Shown: piece by piece, positions 13,738-28,240 of the stretch | Position numbering within the stretch: position 1 is the first letter of the stretch | How the letters are laid out: every line of letters starts with the position of its first letter | Source: Felis catus | Taxonomy: Eukaryota | Direction of reading: 5' to 3' | NCBI RefSeq assembly: GCF_018350175.1 | Contig: NC_058368.1 | Coordinates: forward strand, 160,892,001-160,956,000 | Length of the DNA: 64,000 bases | The notes under the pieces: generated by a model | The model's input: only the letters and a program-made list of their open reading frames with translations | Database searches by the model: none | Told to the model about the DNA's origin: nothing | Made by a program: the position numbers and the translations under genes

Positions 13738-13960
13738 CAACCAAGAGACAGACTCTTAACTATAGAGGACAAACTGATGGTTCCTGTAGGAGAGGAGGGT
13801 TGAGGGATGGGTTAAAGAGGTGATGGGTGTTAAGGAGAGCACTTGTGATTAACACCAGGTATTGTATATAAGTGATGAATCACTAAACTCTACCTGAAAC
13901 TAACATTACACTGTATGTTAACTAAGTGGAATTTAAATACAAATTTGGACAGAAAAAAAA
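13738..13960 (+). mobile_element. LINE-1 3' end fragment
   Basis: Carnivore L1 3' UTR (cagactcttaactatagag...) and A tail. Confidence 0.88.
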
Positions 13961-14029
13961 AGCCAAATGCTCACCTTCATCTAATATAAAACAAGAATCT
14001 ATTTATACACACAGGACGTACATTACCAT

Positions 14030-14237
14030 TCTTTTTGTTTGTCTGTTTATTTATTTTGAAAGAGAGCATGCAAGCACGCAAACGGGGCGGGGGCGCAGAA
14101 AGGGAGAGAGAATCCTCATCGGGCTCTTCACTGTCAGTATGAAGCCAGATGCAAGTTTAAATCCATGTACAGTGACTTCATAACCTGAGTGGAAACCAAG
14201 AGTCTGACACTTAACTTATTCAGCCATCCAAGCACCA
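14030..14237 (-). mobile_element. Can-SINE
   Basis: Reverse SINEC body. Confidence 0.85.
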
Positions 14238-14439
14238 CAATTACCATTATTTTCTGTCTATGCTAATGCATACAGGTTGCTTAGATCATGGGTGATTTAC
14301 ATTTACTCCAGTTACACTAAGTAAATTCAGCAATACAGGTAATTCTAATTACCCAACTATTTGCTTTCCATACAAAAAATATGAATGTTGTATAGCAAAG
14401 AGAAAACATCAAAACAAAATAATTCACCAATGACAAAAC

Positions 14440-16385
14440 AACTTAAAAAAAGTAACTGTCTCTCAAACATCCACACCCATCTGAAATGTTTGCCTCTTCC
14501 TGAATGGAATATAAACAGATTTGTACATTTGTAGGCTTAGAGTGTGGCTTGTTTCATGTGGTTCAACACTTTTGAGATACATCCATGTAGATGCTTAGGG
14601 ATATATGTCTCAGCAGTCTGTTCCTTTTTATTAACATATGGGTGTGTTAACGAAATATTCATTTACTTATTTATTTAATGTATTTAATTGCAGTTGATGG
14701 GCACTTGCTTTTTTGGGGGGTTGGCTATTATTGAAATAGCCCTTAAATGTATTTGTATACAGGCCTTAGTGTAGACATTTATTCTCATTTCTCTTGGGTA
14801 AATACCTAAGGGGGATTATTGGCTTATATAGTGTATTTTTGAGCTCTTAAACTACCAAACTATTTTCCAAAATGGCTATTCATTTGACCAGCTTTCTGCT
14901 TATCTCCTCAGTCACTTCAAAACCCAGTTTTTCCTCATCTTCTCAGGTACTTTGGTTGTCTTGTCTTTCTAATATTAACTATTCTCATAGGCATGTGCTA
15001 GTATCCATTATGGTTTAAATTTGCATTTCCCTAATTAATAATTTTGAACATTGTGTCATGGGCACAGTGCAATTCATATATATGCCTTGGTGAAGTTCTT
15101 TGTTCATTTTTAAATAAAAAATGTTGCCCCATTTCTTTTATTATATTGTTACCTTATTGTTGAACTTCAGGGAAATTCTCCATATTCTGCATTCAAGCTT
15201 TTTATCAGGTAAGTGTTTGCAAATATTTTCTTTTGGTCTATGTCTTGTATTTCATTTTACTAAGTGTCATCCAAAGAGAAATTTTAAATTTTAATAAACT
15301 TCAGTGCATACATTTTCCCTTTAATATTTGTGCTTTTTACAACCTGAGAAATTTTGCCTAACCCAAGGTCACAAAGCTTTCTTTCTTATGTTTTCTTCCA
15401 GGGTTTTTTTTTTTTTTTACTTATTAAAGTCTATGATCCATCTTGAGTTAATTTTTTGTATATACTTAAAGTAAAAGTGAAGGTTTATTGACTTACAAAT
15501 TCCCAATGTTCCAGCACTACTTATTAATAAACATTATTTTTCTTATATTATTTCATTTACATAGTTCTTAAAAATTAATAGACCACACATGTGAGGGTTT
15601 AATTTTAGGCTTTGTATTTTGATTTAGTGATCTATGCCTATCCATACAATACTGCATCGTTATGATTACTATAGCTCTATAATGATATTTGAAGCCAGGT
15701 AGTACAAAATTCTCTCACTATGGTTTTCATTAGATAAATATAAATTAAAATTACAACTTCATTCCTCCACACAACTCAAATATCTAGGATTTTTTTATTT
15801 ATCAATTTTAAATATCAGTGAGAATCTGTGATAAGTGGATTTATTATACTTGTTTGTAGCACTGTAAATTTGTCCAATATTTTAGGAAATTCTATGAAAA
15901 TAACTTCTAGGAATATAAATATGCATTGTCTTATGGCCTAGAAATTCTACTTCTACATAATAGGAGTCAACTTCAACTTGATATAAAAAAAATTCCAAGA
16001 ACTGTAGATCATAAATGGCAATAGACGTTCTTACTACTATGCTTACAATGGGTACTTCAGATCAATGCAAATAAGTGAATTACATCTAGATACAACTTAG
16101 ATAAGTTGCATAAACATAATGTTGAGTGAAAAAAAGCAAGAATCAAAGGATAATATAAAAAGGACAAAAACCTGTCTATAGTGTTAGAAGTCATGGTAGA
16201 ACCCACTTTGGTCAGGAAGTGGAAATAGTAACTAGAAAAGATAGTAGCGGTTTTCTGAGTGTTAAATTTTTGTAGGTTTGGATGACAGTTATCTGAATGT
16301 ATTCACTTTGTAAAAATTCACTGAGCTTATTCATTGTACTCTTTTCCATATGTATACGAATTATTTCAAAAACGTTTATTATAAA
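14440..16385. mobile_element. Ancient L1M-type fragments (minus strand to ~15730, then plus-strand 3' end)
   Basis: Degenerate L1 ORF2/3' UTR similarity; boundaries approximate. Confidence 0.65.
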
Positions 16386-16712
16386 AGGGCCTCACATTTC
16401 ATTTAATAGAAGACATCAATATAGAACCCTCATAATGTATTCAGTGGAGTAACTAAGGAGTACAGAAACTTTCTAAGATAACCATTTGCATTCCAAAAAT
16501 AGAATAAATTCAGACATCATATTCTTCCATATGAAATAAAAAATATAAACTATTTCTTAAGGTCTATGGGTAGAAGCAAGGCTATCATTCCACATGTTTT
16601 AAAGGGAGTGTAGGCTTTAAAATAAGGGTATATTTTGTGTTACGCTTTTTTGTGAAAATCTACTGTCCTAATTTGGATACTGCTATTATATAATTGTTCA
16701 CATGCTCAAAGT

Positions 16713-17250
16713 CAGAGTTCAGCAAACTTTTTCTGTAAAGGGCTGGATGGTAAATAGTTTAGGCTTCCTAGTCCACATGGTCTTTGTCATAACTACTCAA
16801 CTCTGCTGTCATAGAGCATTAACGCCCAGGAATAACATGTAAGCAAATGAGCTTACAAGTGTTTTAATAAAACTTTTGACACTGAAATTTGAATTGCATA
16901 TAATTTCACATATAATTAAATATATTTTTAAAAATCTTTTAAACATTTAAATATGTAAAACAGGGGGGCCTGGGTGGCTTAGTCAGTTAAGCATCCGACT
17001 CTCAGTCTCAGCTCAGGTCATGATCATGGTTCATGAGATTGAGCCCCATGTCGGGCTCTGTGCTGACAGTGTGGAGCCTGCTTAGGATTCTCTCTCTCTC
17101 CATCTCACTCTTTGCCCCTCCCCTACTTGCACTCCTCTTTTTCAAAAATCAATAAACATTAAAAAAATTAAATATGAAAGAAATTCTTGTGGAACATACA
17201 GAAATAAGTAGTGAGCTATATTTGGCCCATGGATTTCATTTTGTTTACCA
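16713..17250. mobile_element. MER58-like hAT-Charlie relic interrupted by a Can-SINE (16963-17167, +)
   Basis: Terminus cagagttcagcaaactttttctgtaaaggg typical of MER58; SINE nested inside. Confidence 0.75.
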
Positions 17251-17524
17251 AATATTAGCTTTTTTTTACCCTTTTCAATTTTGTCTGTAGTGTTCTAGTC
17301 TCAGGGTATAACATCCTGGAATCTGCTTGATTTTTTTTTTCTTCTCTGAGGCCTAACAGAAACCAAAGCGAAAAAAAATCCTGTATGATGGTCTCCTTCT
17401 AGTCAAGAAGCTGCTCATACACTACTTACTGGTCACTTAGTCATTAAGCTACTCTATTCTGCTGTAGTGTATGCAAATTTTATTCCAGAAATAGAAAGGA
17501 CATGTTTAAATATATCTTCTCTAG

Positions 17525-17668
17525 AACAGATAACAAGCTGACTGCAGGGGCCTGGCAATACTCTGATACTGTTTGCATATTTTATGCATGAATGTGCATT
17601 GTTTATGGAGACCTGGATATATCACTTTCATCTAATTTTAAAGAAGTCCATGGCTCAGAAGATTTTAG
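17525..17668 (+). pseudogene. Putative Ig-like exon, N-terminal half
   Basis: Acceptor atcttctctag; GPGNTLIL/fs/C (17574) ... /fs/ TWIY (W 17614); C-W spacing about 13 codons. Confidence 0.4.
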
Positions 17669-17699
17669 GTAGCATGGTTAAATCCCCAGCAATATGACG

Positions 17700-18687
17700 A
17701 CTTATAGTCAATTAATCTTTGACAAAGCAGAAAGGACTATCCAACGGGTAAAATAATGTCTCTGGGAAAAGTGGACAGCAATATGCAAAAGAATGAAACT
17801 GGACCACTTTGTTACACCATACACTAAAATAAGTTCAAAATGGATTAAAGACCTAAATGTGAGACTTGAAATCAAAAAATCCTAGAGAAGAACATCTTTG
17901 ACATCAGCCATAATACCTTCTTTCTAGATATCTCCTGAGTCAAAGGAAACAAAACAAAAATAAACTCTTCTACATCAAAATAATTTTATTTTTTTGAGAA
18001 TAAACACCTTCTACATAACAAAGGAAACAATCAACAAAACTAAAAGGCAACCTCCTAAACAGAAGATAATTTCAAATGACATCTGTATCCAAAATACATA
18101 AAGAATTTAGAAGACTCAACACCCCAAAAAAATGAATCAAAAAATGGGCAGAAGACAGAAGTAGACATCTTTCCAAAGAAGACATATGGATAGTCAATAG
18201 ACAAATGAAAAGATGTTCAACATCACTAACTATGAGGGGTATGCAAATCAAAACTACAATGAGGTATCACATCACACAGGTCAGAATGGCTAAAATCAAC
18301 AACACAGGAAACCAACAGGTGTTGGCAAGGATGTGTAGAGAAGGGACCCCTTTTGCACTGTTGGTAGGAATGCAAACTGGTGTAGCCCCTGTGGAAAATA
18401 GTATGGATGTTACTCAAAAAATTAAAAATAGAACTACCTTATGATCCAGTAATTGCACTACTAGGTATTTATCCGAAGGATACAAAAATACTAATTCCAA
18501 AGGATACACATACCCCAATGTTTGTAGCAGCATTCTATACAGTAGCCAAATTATAGAACCAGCCCATGTCCATGGACTGATGAATGGATACAGAAGAGTG
18601 GTGTGTGTGTGTGTATGTGTGTGTGTGTGTGTATGTGTGTGTGTATATAATATTTGATATAGAATATTGAACTATATATATTATAGG

Positions 18688-18737
<50 letters not shown>

Positions 18738-19135
18738 TATAACTCAGCCATAAAAAGAAAAATCATACTATTTGCAATGACATGGATGGAGCTAGAGAAT
18801 ATAATGCTAAGCAAAATAAATCAGAGAAAAACAAATATCATATGATTTCACTCATACATGGAATTTAGGAAATAATTTTTTTTTCTAAAAAAGGAAATAA
18901 TAGAGAGAGACAAACCAAGAAACAGATTCTTAATTATTGAAAACAACCTGATAATTGCCAGAGGTGAACAGGGTGAGGTGACGGGTTAAATAGGTGTTGG
19001 GGATTAAAGAGGACACATGTCCTGATGAACACCGGGTTGTATGGAAGTGTTGAATCACTATATTGTACACCTGAAACTAATATTACACTGTATGTTACCT
19101 AACTGAAATTTAAATTTAAAACTTAAAAAAAAAAA
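17700..19135 (+). mobile_element. LINE-1 3' fragment with internal (GT)n/(TA)n microsatellites at ~18600-18731
   Basis: ORF2 C-terminus ([10 protein letters not shown]), 3' UTR, A tail. Confidence 0.95.
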
Positions 19136-19305
19136 GAGCCCAGCATTATACCTATGCTCCTAGTACCTGTAAGGGAGGGAATGGCCACAATGAGGACTAA
19201 CATATGTTGAAAGGGGAAGAAGAGAAAAGCTTAATTTAGAGAAAAAGAGTTATGTATTCTACAACAATATGCACATTAATGAAATTTTATTGTTTAAAAA
19301 TATGA

Positions 19306-19528
19306 GGGGCACCTGGGTGGTTCAGTTAGTTAAGCATCTGGCTTTTGATTTTAGCTCAGATAGTGATCTCATGGTTCATAAGATTGGACCTACATTAGGC
19401 TCTGTGCTGACAGCATGAAGCCTGTTTGGGATTCTCTCTCCCTCTCTCTCTGCCCCTCCCCTGGTCATGTGTATGTGTGTGTGAACTCTCTCTCACTCTC
19501 TCTCAAAATAAATAAACATTAAAAAAAA
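19306..19528 (+). mobile_element. Can-SINE
   Basis: ggggcacctgggtgg head, CT tract, A tail. Confidence 0.92.
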
Positions 19529-19587
19529 GAATATTAGAGGTATAGAATTCTTAGTTTCTTTAAAAATGTTCTCATTAAACCAATTTG

Positions 19588-19773
19588 TTTTTAAATTTAT
19601 TTAATTTATTTATTTAAAGGAAAGAGAATGGGGGAGAGGCAGAGAGAATCCCAAGCAGTCTCTACGCTGTCAGCAAAGAACCCAACGCAGTGCTTGATCT
19701 CACAAACCTTGAGATCATGACCTGAGCTGAAATCAAGGCTCAGATGCTTAACCTACTGAGCCACTAGGCACCC
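19588..19773 (-). mobile_element. Can-SINE
   Basis: Reverse SINEC body. Confidence 0.9.
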
Positions 19774-20259
19774 CAAGCAATATGCATTTTAGACTTAAAC
19801 TAGAAACATTCTTTTTCTTTCACCAGAGCCTCTGCATTTATATCTTCATATTCTGTCATGGTAGTAAGATAAAAGTCTTTACTGGAACCTCCATTTTGAA
19901 GCTAGATACTTTGTTCATAGACCCTCCTCTGTCAATTCTGAGCTGGCTGGCCCGAGCTACTGGGCATATATGCCCTTTGTTTGACCCATCTACTTCAACT
20001 CTGATGGTGTTTGTTTTGCACATGGAAACACAACTATTGCCCTGTTTTTGTATGTCATCCAGCTTAAATCACTTTTATTGAAACACTAGATTAAGTACCC
20101 CTGGGCTGAATAGTCCATCTGGTTTCTAAGACTATCTTCTTACACAATCAGCAAAATCTCCTATGTACCTTCTTGATGTCAGATATGTGGTTTCTTTTGT
20201 TTCCTATTGCCTACCAGCAGTGTTTGCACTTATACCATTTTCCCTGTTTTTGCTTCAAG

Positions 20260-20397
20260 GACTCATATCTGGGAAGCCATGAACAGGGCAGCTGTCTGTT
20301 CATCTTCTAACACAAGTTGTTTCTTAGAGGACAGCCCTTTAAATGAGAAACCTTCCTTTAAGTATAATTGCTTATTATAAATGCAACTATCAAAGAG
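20260..20397 (+). pseudogene. Possible degenerate ectodomain exon
   Basis: Acceptor tttttgcttcaag, donor GAG|gtaagt; HIWE...KYNC in one frame; weak similarity only. Confidence 0.25.
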
Positions 20398-21109
20398 GTA
20401 AGTTTTAAAAATCAGCCTCAAAAGGACTTGTTCATAATGAGAAAGTGATTCTCATGATTAAAGATAATGTTCTAATCCATAGGTGGTTTTTTTTGCTGTA
20501 CCTATCTTACCAATATTGCTAACAGTCTCCTTTATCTCTTCCCACTTAATGTAGTACACAAGAAAACCTGCTTTTGAATGAAATGTTTTTGGTTATTTTC
20601 TTCCCATTTGTAGATTCAAATATCACACATATTTACATTTATAATTATATTCATAACAGTTACTGTTAATTTACTTTTCCTCATTCAAAAGCACATTGTA
20701 GATGCTTCTATTCTAAATCACTTAGATCTGAATCATATTGTAAATTATTGCATTGCATGTATTTTTTCATAACTGACTTTACTAAGGAATATTTAGATCA
20801 GGCTTTTTAGGAAGTATTATGGCCTGGCAGTCTATTGACATAAATTCTTTTAAACTAAGTGTTTTTGATGTTTTGTAGGCTTATTATTATTATTATCTCA
20901 CTTGATTTTCCTTGACTCTGAAAAATGTTCTTGTTTTGGGGGTAGTGATTTCTTCCATTTTCTCTGTTTGATATATTAATTACTGAGCTGTTAGATGTTC
21001 TGATTCTAAAAGTCAGTATCTTTTATACTTTATTTTAAAATTTATCACTATTTCTTTGATTCTTAGGAGTGATGTGTTCTATTTATTTAACTCATTTAAA
21101 CTAAAGAAA

Positions 21110-21260
21110 CTCATTTAAGAGGGAAAAACATCCTTATGAAGTAGATATAATGACGATCTATATTTTACAGATGAGAAAATTGAGGCACATAGGGGTTAAG
21201 TAACTAAGCCAAGGTTATATAGTTAGTCATTGTAGAGTTTATAGTCTTAACCACTTAGGT
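21110..21260. mobile_element. MIR SINE
   Basis: Core attttacagatgagaaaattgaggcacataggggttaagtaact. Confidence 0.8.
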
Positions 21261-23354
21261 AGAATATTTCTAGTATAGTTTTGCTTTTGGCTCTGGCTTT
21301 TAGAAGAATTCAAGAAATCAGTCTATTTCATCATTTTATTGTATCAGAAACTTTTTTTTTTGCTATTCAACATTTCTATTTATTTAGTTTCTATCTCTAA
21401 GTTTGTTTTTTTTATTTTCACTTATGATTTCTTAACTGAAATTGCTAACATCTCTATTTCTTGTTGAATTGATAGTTTTTAAATTGTTTCTATATTTTTT
21501 AAAGAACTACAATACATTGTTTTATAACTATATTTGTTAGTATGTAGATATTTTCTTCACTTAACTTGTTTTACCAGTTCATGTGTTCAACTTTTTACAG
21601 TAAAAGTTCATTTAAATAGCTAATAAATAAAAACTTAATATGGATAAGTATGGAATTTACAAGTTAAAAATGTTATATGTTCACTGCCTTCATTATTTGA
21701 ATTTGTGGAACCAAAGTAGGAGACCAGGTTGTTATTTTATTTTTGTTTATTTTCTGTTTACTTTTTTTTTTTTTTTGGTAGAATACTTTGTTGATTAAAT
21801 TTAAATCTTAAGTACACTTTATGGATTTGGATGCATGGAGGCTTCTCAATATTTTATTTTCTTCCATTCTTTTTAAGTAATGTTATTCAAAAATATTTTT
21901 GTTCACCATGTTGTCTGTTTATTAAGAATGCCAATTATTCATGCTCTGCATTTCTTTTTCTATTATTAGAAATGTATTGACTTCTCTTCCTGTTTTGGAG
22001 TAGTTTTACTTGATTTGTTTTATTGCTTGATTTAAACATGATGTACTCTCATTCCTTTGAGATGCTTTTTCCTTTCTTTATATTTTTGGAGATCCCCAGC
22101 TTCAAAAAAGCTACTTAATTTTCTTGCAAAATATGGCCTGGCCTTTACCATTTAAAATGATGTTTAAACATCTCAAGTGACATTGTAAGTTAATTCCTGA
22201 ATTAACTCTTCCAGATTGCTTTTATTTTTTTATACTTGAATTCATTAAAAGAAATTCTTGAAAGTGTAAATATGTTGCAGGGTAGTATATATCAATTTTT
22301 TTCTGTTTCCTGCATAAATATTCATCACCTCTGTGAATATAATTTAGTGTATTTTTTATATTGGAGAATTTCGCTTATAGATAGCTATACTTAGTTGCTA
22401 TTGAGTTGAGTTTTTAATTTTACTTTTTCTAACATTTTAAATTCTCCTTTAAGAACATGAGCTAGAGATTACTATTGTCATTTAGGTGTCATATTCCTAT
22501 GCTTTGTGAACTCCTATGTCCTCTCATATACATGATATCAATCCACCTGCTAAATTTAGACATCCCTAATTCAACTAATCAGCAAATATTTACAGCTGTC
22601 ATATCTGGTTCTGTTTGCCAGATCAGAGTTTGTTTTCATGAGCATGACCTTTTGTCTGCATAATAATGATTGATATAATTATTAAAATTTCAAAATTACT
22701 TTTTATTTCATGTTATAAAACAGTTTCACTGATGAAAATAGTTATGTGCATATGTCTCAAACATTTAGCATAATTAAGAGAATGTTGGAAATAATAAGAC
22801 CTGCTAATGGTATCAAATCATTGAATACACATTAGATGTATGTCTATTAGAGGTGCATACAATTATAAACAAAAAGAACAAAATAAATTATATTAAAAAA
22901 TCCTAGAAATAAATCATCTATTATTGTGTCCATCAGGGAAAATGAAATCTAAACATTTTATATTTTTAGGATTTTTTGGTGTTAATAACCTCTCCTTTGA
23001 TGCATATATTGGTTGACTTTTGCATATTAAATATCACATATTTCCAGGATTACATTGTCCACAAAATGATGAAAAAAAACTAGAACCATGAACAGATTCT
23101 GCTAAAGATACTGTATCTTTTCCCTTTTCTTTCTTTGTTGGAACATTGGAACATTAGTGTTTGTGTCTAATGATAGTTTTCTACATCTCTCTTTCAAAGT
23201 AAGTGGTCTGTATTCCATGTATTCACAGGGTTGCAGCTGTTTCCTTCCTTCAAGTTTTCCTTACCAATTTCGAGATTCTAGACTTAGATAAGAAAAGGTG
23301 CATAGTGAAAATGATGTTCCTTTTTTAGTTATTGTCATTCAAAAGGATATTGCA

Positions 23355-23445
23355 GGGGCTCTCAGCACAGAGCTTGCTTCACCTCTCTCTCTGCACCTAT
23401 CCAGCCTGCACGCTCTCTCTCTCAAAAATAAATAAACATTAAATA
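23355..23445 (+). mobile_element. Partial Can-SINE
   Basis: CT tract and aaaaataaataaacatt tail. Confidence 0.75.
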
Positions 23446-24751
23446 AATGGACACTGCAATATGAGAATAAAAATAATTTATATTTTTATAGTGCTGGAAA
23501 TGTGTACTCAGAACTGGAATTATCTTGGTTCTAACTTTCAAAGTTAAATGTTGTGGACATGAAGTCCCCAAACTGGGAACCTTTCTCTCCAAGTCTAAGA
23601 GATCGCTTTCTTTCTTCTTTCTGTCTGATTTTATTATTCTGAAGCATAGTTTAACTGATTTACCACTGGTCAGATTGAGTGCTCATTGGTCCTCCATGAC
23701 AAATTAACTCTTTTCTGAAAGACTAAAAATGTCTTTTACTCAAGTATGAAACAAACTTTGCTTTAAGAATCTTTCCTTGGTAATTGAATTCAATCCAATC
23801 TTGTTGCTGACACTTTTAATCCAACCGTCTCTGTAACTCAGTTGATCTCAACTTTCATTGCCCTGCTTGAGACAGACACTGATGCAGTATAATCAGGTAA
23901 ATACATTCAAATGATAAAAGTCTCAGGTAGGAAAAATGCTCCTTATCAGAACTATCTATCCATGAGAGGTACTCCACCATTCATATTTTACAGCTGTGGA
24001 CTTGTTCTGAGGGATAAATGCATTGAAATTTCCTGTTAAAGATTAAACACTAATCTCCCAAGAGGACAACATCTATTCAGCTATTTACAACAAGGTTGTA
24101 AGTCAACACCAAGCAGCTGTTCAGTTTATTTCCTCATACAAGGATTCTTAGCTTCATAGTCTAATGAATCAACCTGAGGTTGATTTAGCCCTGCAATCAT
24201 GGCAGAGTTATACAGTTTATTTGTGACTCAATAACTTAAGAGGATCCTTGCCATTTTCTCATAATATAACAAGTAAATCAATCATAAATTCATGACAGAT
24301 GCAGACTCAACAAATTAGAGAGTAACCTTAGGAAAACATAACATTACTTTAGCTTTTAAAGTTGTATAAATCATTTGGTAAGTCATTTCTGGATGAAAGC
24401 AAAAGAAAACAAGTCATGGCCTTTTCCAGCATGTTTAAAATGTGAATTAACCCCAAGGGAGCAAACTTGTTTCAAGTAATGAGTGTGTTGAGAGAAACGG
24501 TCACAGGCATCATGAAGCACAAGAAAACAGAAAACTGAACTGGCTGAGAACAGTATGAAAGACAAGTGACTCTGAATAAACTTGTTGGGAATAATTCTCT
24601 GACCATGGAACATCAGGTGATTATGTGGCCATAATTGCCCATCATGTGAACTAGGCAGTGTCAGACCCACCAAATAATAAATTTGGGTAAACCCAATAGC
24701 AATGTCATAAGATGGGGTATACATATGGGATTAGGAATAAACCAAAAGGGA

Positions 24752-24853
24752 CTGGGTGTTATATGTAAGTGATGAATCACTACATTCTACTCCTGAAACC
24801 AATACTACACAATGTGTTACCTAACTTGAATTTAAATAAAAACAGAAAAAAAA
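24752..24853 (+). mobile_element. Short L1 3' end inserted in the ERV-L relic
   Basis: L1 terminal 100 bp, A tail, TSD-like gga..aaac.aaaagg. Confidence 0.8.
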
Positions 24854-25200
24854 GGAGCAAACTAAAAGGTTAATGCAAGCTGCTCATACAGATGGCCCAG
24901 ATCCCATGCCGTCAACAAATGTTTTATCATAACTTCTTCAGCTCACAGGTATAACCATGAGAATGCCATGTGAATAGCTGATTAAAAGGGGGTAAAAGTT
25001 CAGGCTTTGTTGAAGGTAGGGTCAGGTCAATATGTAAGTGCAAGCTGAAAATGGTTATTGGCTGTGCAATGGCACCATTTAAGAGTAGCCTAAAAGAGAC
25101 TGGTAAAGAAATGTTGTCCTAATGGGTAGAATTTTGTCATCCACTTTGTGTGAAAATAAAAGTGGCTTGTGGTTAGAATATATATGAACTCAGACAATGG

Positions 25201-25598
25201 TGTGATGGGCTAAATTATGTCACCCCACAAAATGCATGTAGTGAAACTCCCACCCCCAGGACCTTAGAATGAAACCATACTGGGAGATAAGTTCTTTGAA
25301 AATGTGAATAAGTTCAAATGAGGCCATCAGGAGGGGGCCCTAATCCAATATGACTTAATATGACTTGTGTCCTTATAAGAAAAGAAAGACACACCAGAGA
25401 TGGACACACAGATAAAAGGTCATGTCACAACATGGTAAGAAGGCGACCATCTTCAAAACAAGAAAAGCGGTCTCAGAAGAAACTAAACGCATCAAAATCT
25501 TGATCTTGGACTATAAGAATAGTAAGAAAATAAATTTCTATTGTTTAAGCAACTCAGTCTGTGGAATTTTGCTCTAGCTGCCCTAACAAACTAATATA
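25201..25598 (+). mobile_element. MaLR solo LTR (MLT1-type) nested in ERV-L
   Basis: MLT1-like sequence, TG start, 5-bp TSD AATGG (25196-25200, 25599-25603). Confidence 0.88.
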
Positions 25599-28011
25599 AA
25601 TGGAAAATAACTTGACTGGTTGGAAAAGAAAAGTTTGGAAGGACAGGGAATGAAAGATTGGAGACATGAAGATCTGCATTCTAGTTATGTTCAAGGAAAT
25701 ATGGAAATGGGAAATTAGAGAAACCATACTAAATAATGAAATACACAGAATAACCCAAACAGTTGACGTTAACAGGCACTTTCATGGCCTCTCCAGTAAT
25801 GGCACAATAGTTGCTACTGTGACAAGGAGAGAAGCTATGTAGCTCACCAGATTTGATCTAACTATTGCTTCTGTCTATTGCTTAGTCTTACAGCAACAGA
25901 GACCACCCCACAGCCTTCTATACAGCACCATTTATTGAAGAAACTAACAAGTCATTTGGTGGCAAACTAATAACAGTGGGCTTTTTTTTTTTCACCTGGA
26001 CAAGGGAAACCTTTTATCATTACTGGGATAGACCCATGTTTTTGTATGGGATTGCCTTTTCTGCTTGTAATGTTTTACATAGCAACAGTATCTAAGGAAT
26101 TACAGAGTATTTGATCTGCTGATAATTGCATCAGACCGTGGGACAAACATAAGAGTAAAAGATATGTGGCAATAGTGAGCCCTTGATTATAGGATCCATT
26201 GGTGCTTTTGCATATTATGCCATCTTGAAGTTGCAAGCTTGACAGAGTAATGTAATGGCCTATTGAAGATATACATGAAGTATCATTTTGAAAATGATTC
26301 CTTGAGATTATGGGGAGCAATCCTCCCAAACACCATAACCCAATCAGCATTATATTGTGAGTTATCTCCAACTGGTAAGTTGCATTAGTTTGAGAATCAA
26401 GGAATGAAATTAGCAGTGCCTCTGTTTATCCTGCCTCCTAGTAACCTTCTTAGGAAATGTGTGCTTTCCACCCCTGTAGCTCTGGGCTCTTTGGCTTCAG
26501 TGGCCCAGTGCTTCATAGGAAGAATACTTCCACCAGGTAACAGAACAATATTCCCATCAAACCTCCAAATACAGTAACCTTCCAATCACATTGTACTTCT
26601 CAAGACCAGTAGGCTAGGATAAGAGTCAATCCTGGCAAGGGGAAATTGGCCCTGATCATCAGAAGGAGGTAGGCTTTTGTTACAAAATGGGGAGGATAGA
26701 GAAGAATATGTAGGAAAACCAGGCGATTCACCTTATTGTCCTTTGGTATTCCCTTGACTAATTTTGACTGTGACTGGAAAAATAAACTAATTCCACCCAA
26801 GAAAGAGAAAGTTCTCTGCTAGTTGGTTATACAGAGAATCTAAAAAGGATTGAAGAGGAGATGGTGATGATATACAGTTATGCCAACAAGAGACGCTTCA
26901 AAGTCAGGGTTTGTACTTTACCAGACTAACCTTCCTCTTACAACTTTGTCCCAGGAAATGAGGCCCAACAGAATCTGAAGAAGCAGTCTTCATAACATTA
27001 TGTGAATCGAGTGTATCTGAGTGCCTTAAGAGACGGACTGTGGTAGATTTTATGGTACACAACCCAGATAACCCCTTCAGCACAGAAGCACTCGTTACTT
27101 TGGCTGCTGGGAGTTTTAGTGATTTATAGCTCTTAGCTGAATCTCTTTCTGAGACTTACCTTAGCTGTAGAAAGCGGCTTCACCCAAGGTCATTCCTCCT
27201 CTCTAAGAGAAACTTGTATTTCCTATCTAGTCAATATTGGGTATAAAAGCCTACCTCCCTTACCCAAATGAGGAATAATTTTGAATGTTCAATATTAACT
27301 GTAAAGCTCTTGCTGGAAAAAGAGATACTTTTGAGTGATTAAAGTTCAGTATTTATGCATTTTCTCTTCTAATCTCATTTTCTAGTCAATTTATTCTCTC
27401 TACCAGGTTATATATAACATGTATACTCTGATGGGTCAGGACTTTATACCCAGACCAAAAGTGTATCTTATATTACTATATTTATCTATATTTTATTACC
27501 ACTTACAGATCAAGTAGGTATCTCAAACTTAATAGATCTATAAATGAATTAATAATTGCCCCCCACAAATCAGACCTTTTCCAGCATTCCATATCTCATG
27601 GTATCTCTATTCTTCCTGTTTCATACAGTTCTTTTAGATGTCTCTATTGTATCATACCCTAAATGGAATCTATCAGTATGTCTTATCATTGGCACTTTGG
27701 AAAGATCCAACATCTCATTACTTTCCACTACCTGTGCTACTATTACCCTAGTCCAAGGTACCATCTCATCTAATCTGTATGACCTCAGTTGCATACACAA
27801 TTGGTTTCTTCCTTCCACTTCTATTTTCAGTATTTTCTTTATAGAACAGCCAGAATGATCTTTTTTAAAATAATGGATTCATTCTACTGTTTCTCTTTTC
27901 AAACACTTCTACTATTCTTCATTCTACTATTTCTCTTTTCAAACACTTCAAATATAACATTTAAGTTTTCCTATGGATTACACTTAGGAGATCAATAAGC
28001 ATAGTTACCTT

Positions 28012-28240
28012 GGGGTGCCTGGGTGGCTCAGTTAGTTAAGCATCCAACTTCACCTCAGTTCATGATCTCACAGTTCCTGAGTTTGAGCCCTGCATTGGGC
28101 TCCATGCTGACAGCTCAGAGCCTAGAGCCTGCTTCAGATTCTGTGTATCCCTCTCTCTCTCTGCCCCTCCCTTGCTTGTGCTCGGTCTCTCTCTCTCAAA
28201 AATAAATAAACATTAAAGTTTTTTTTTTTTAATTTAAAAA
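28012..28240 (+). mobile_element. Can-SINE
   Basis: Full body; TSD gcatagttacct. Confidence 0.93.

Larger units (their letters stand above)
23560..27310 (+). mobile_element. Degenerate ERV-L (HERV16-like) internal region plus partial LTR16-like 3' LTR from 27039
   Basis: dUTPase-like relic at ~26620-26700 placed after the pol region, purine-rich tract, then tgtggtag...cccagataaccccttcag typical of LTR16; 5' boundary uncertain. Confidence 0.7.
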
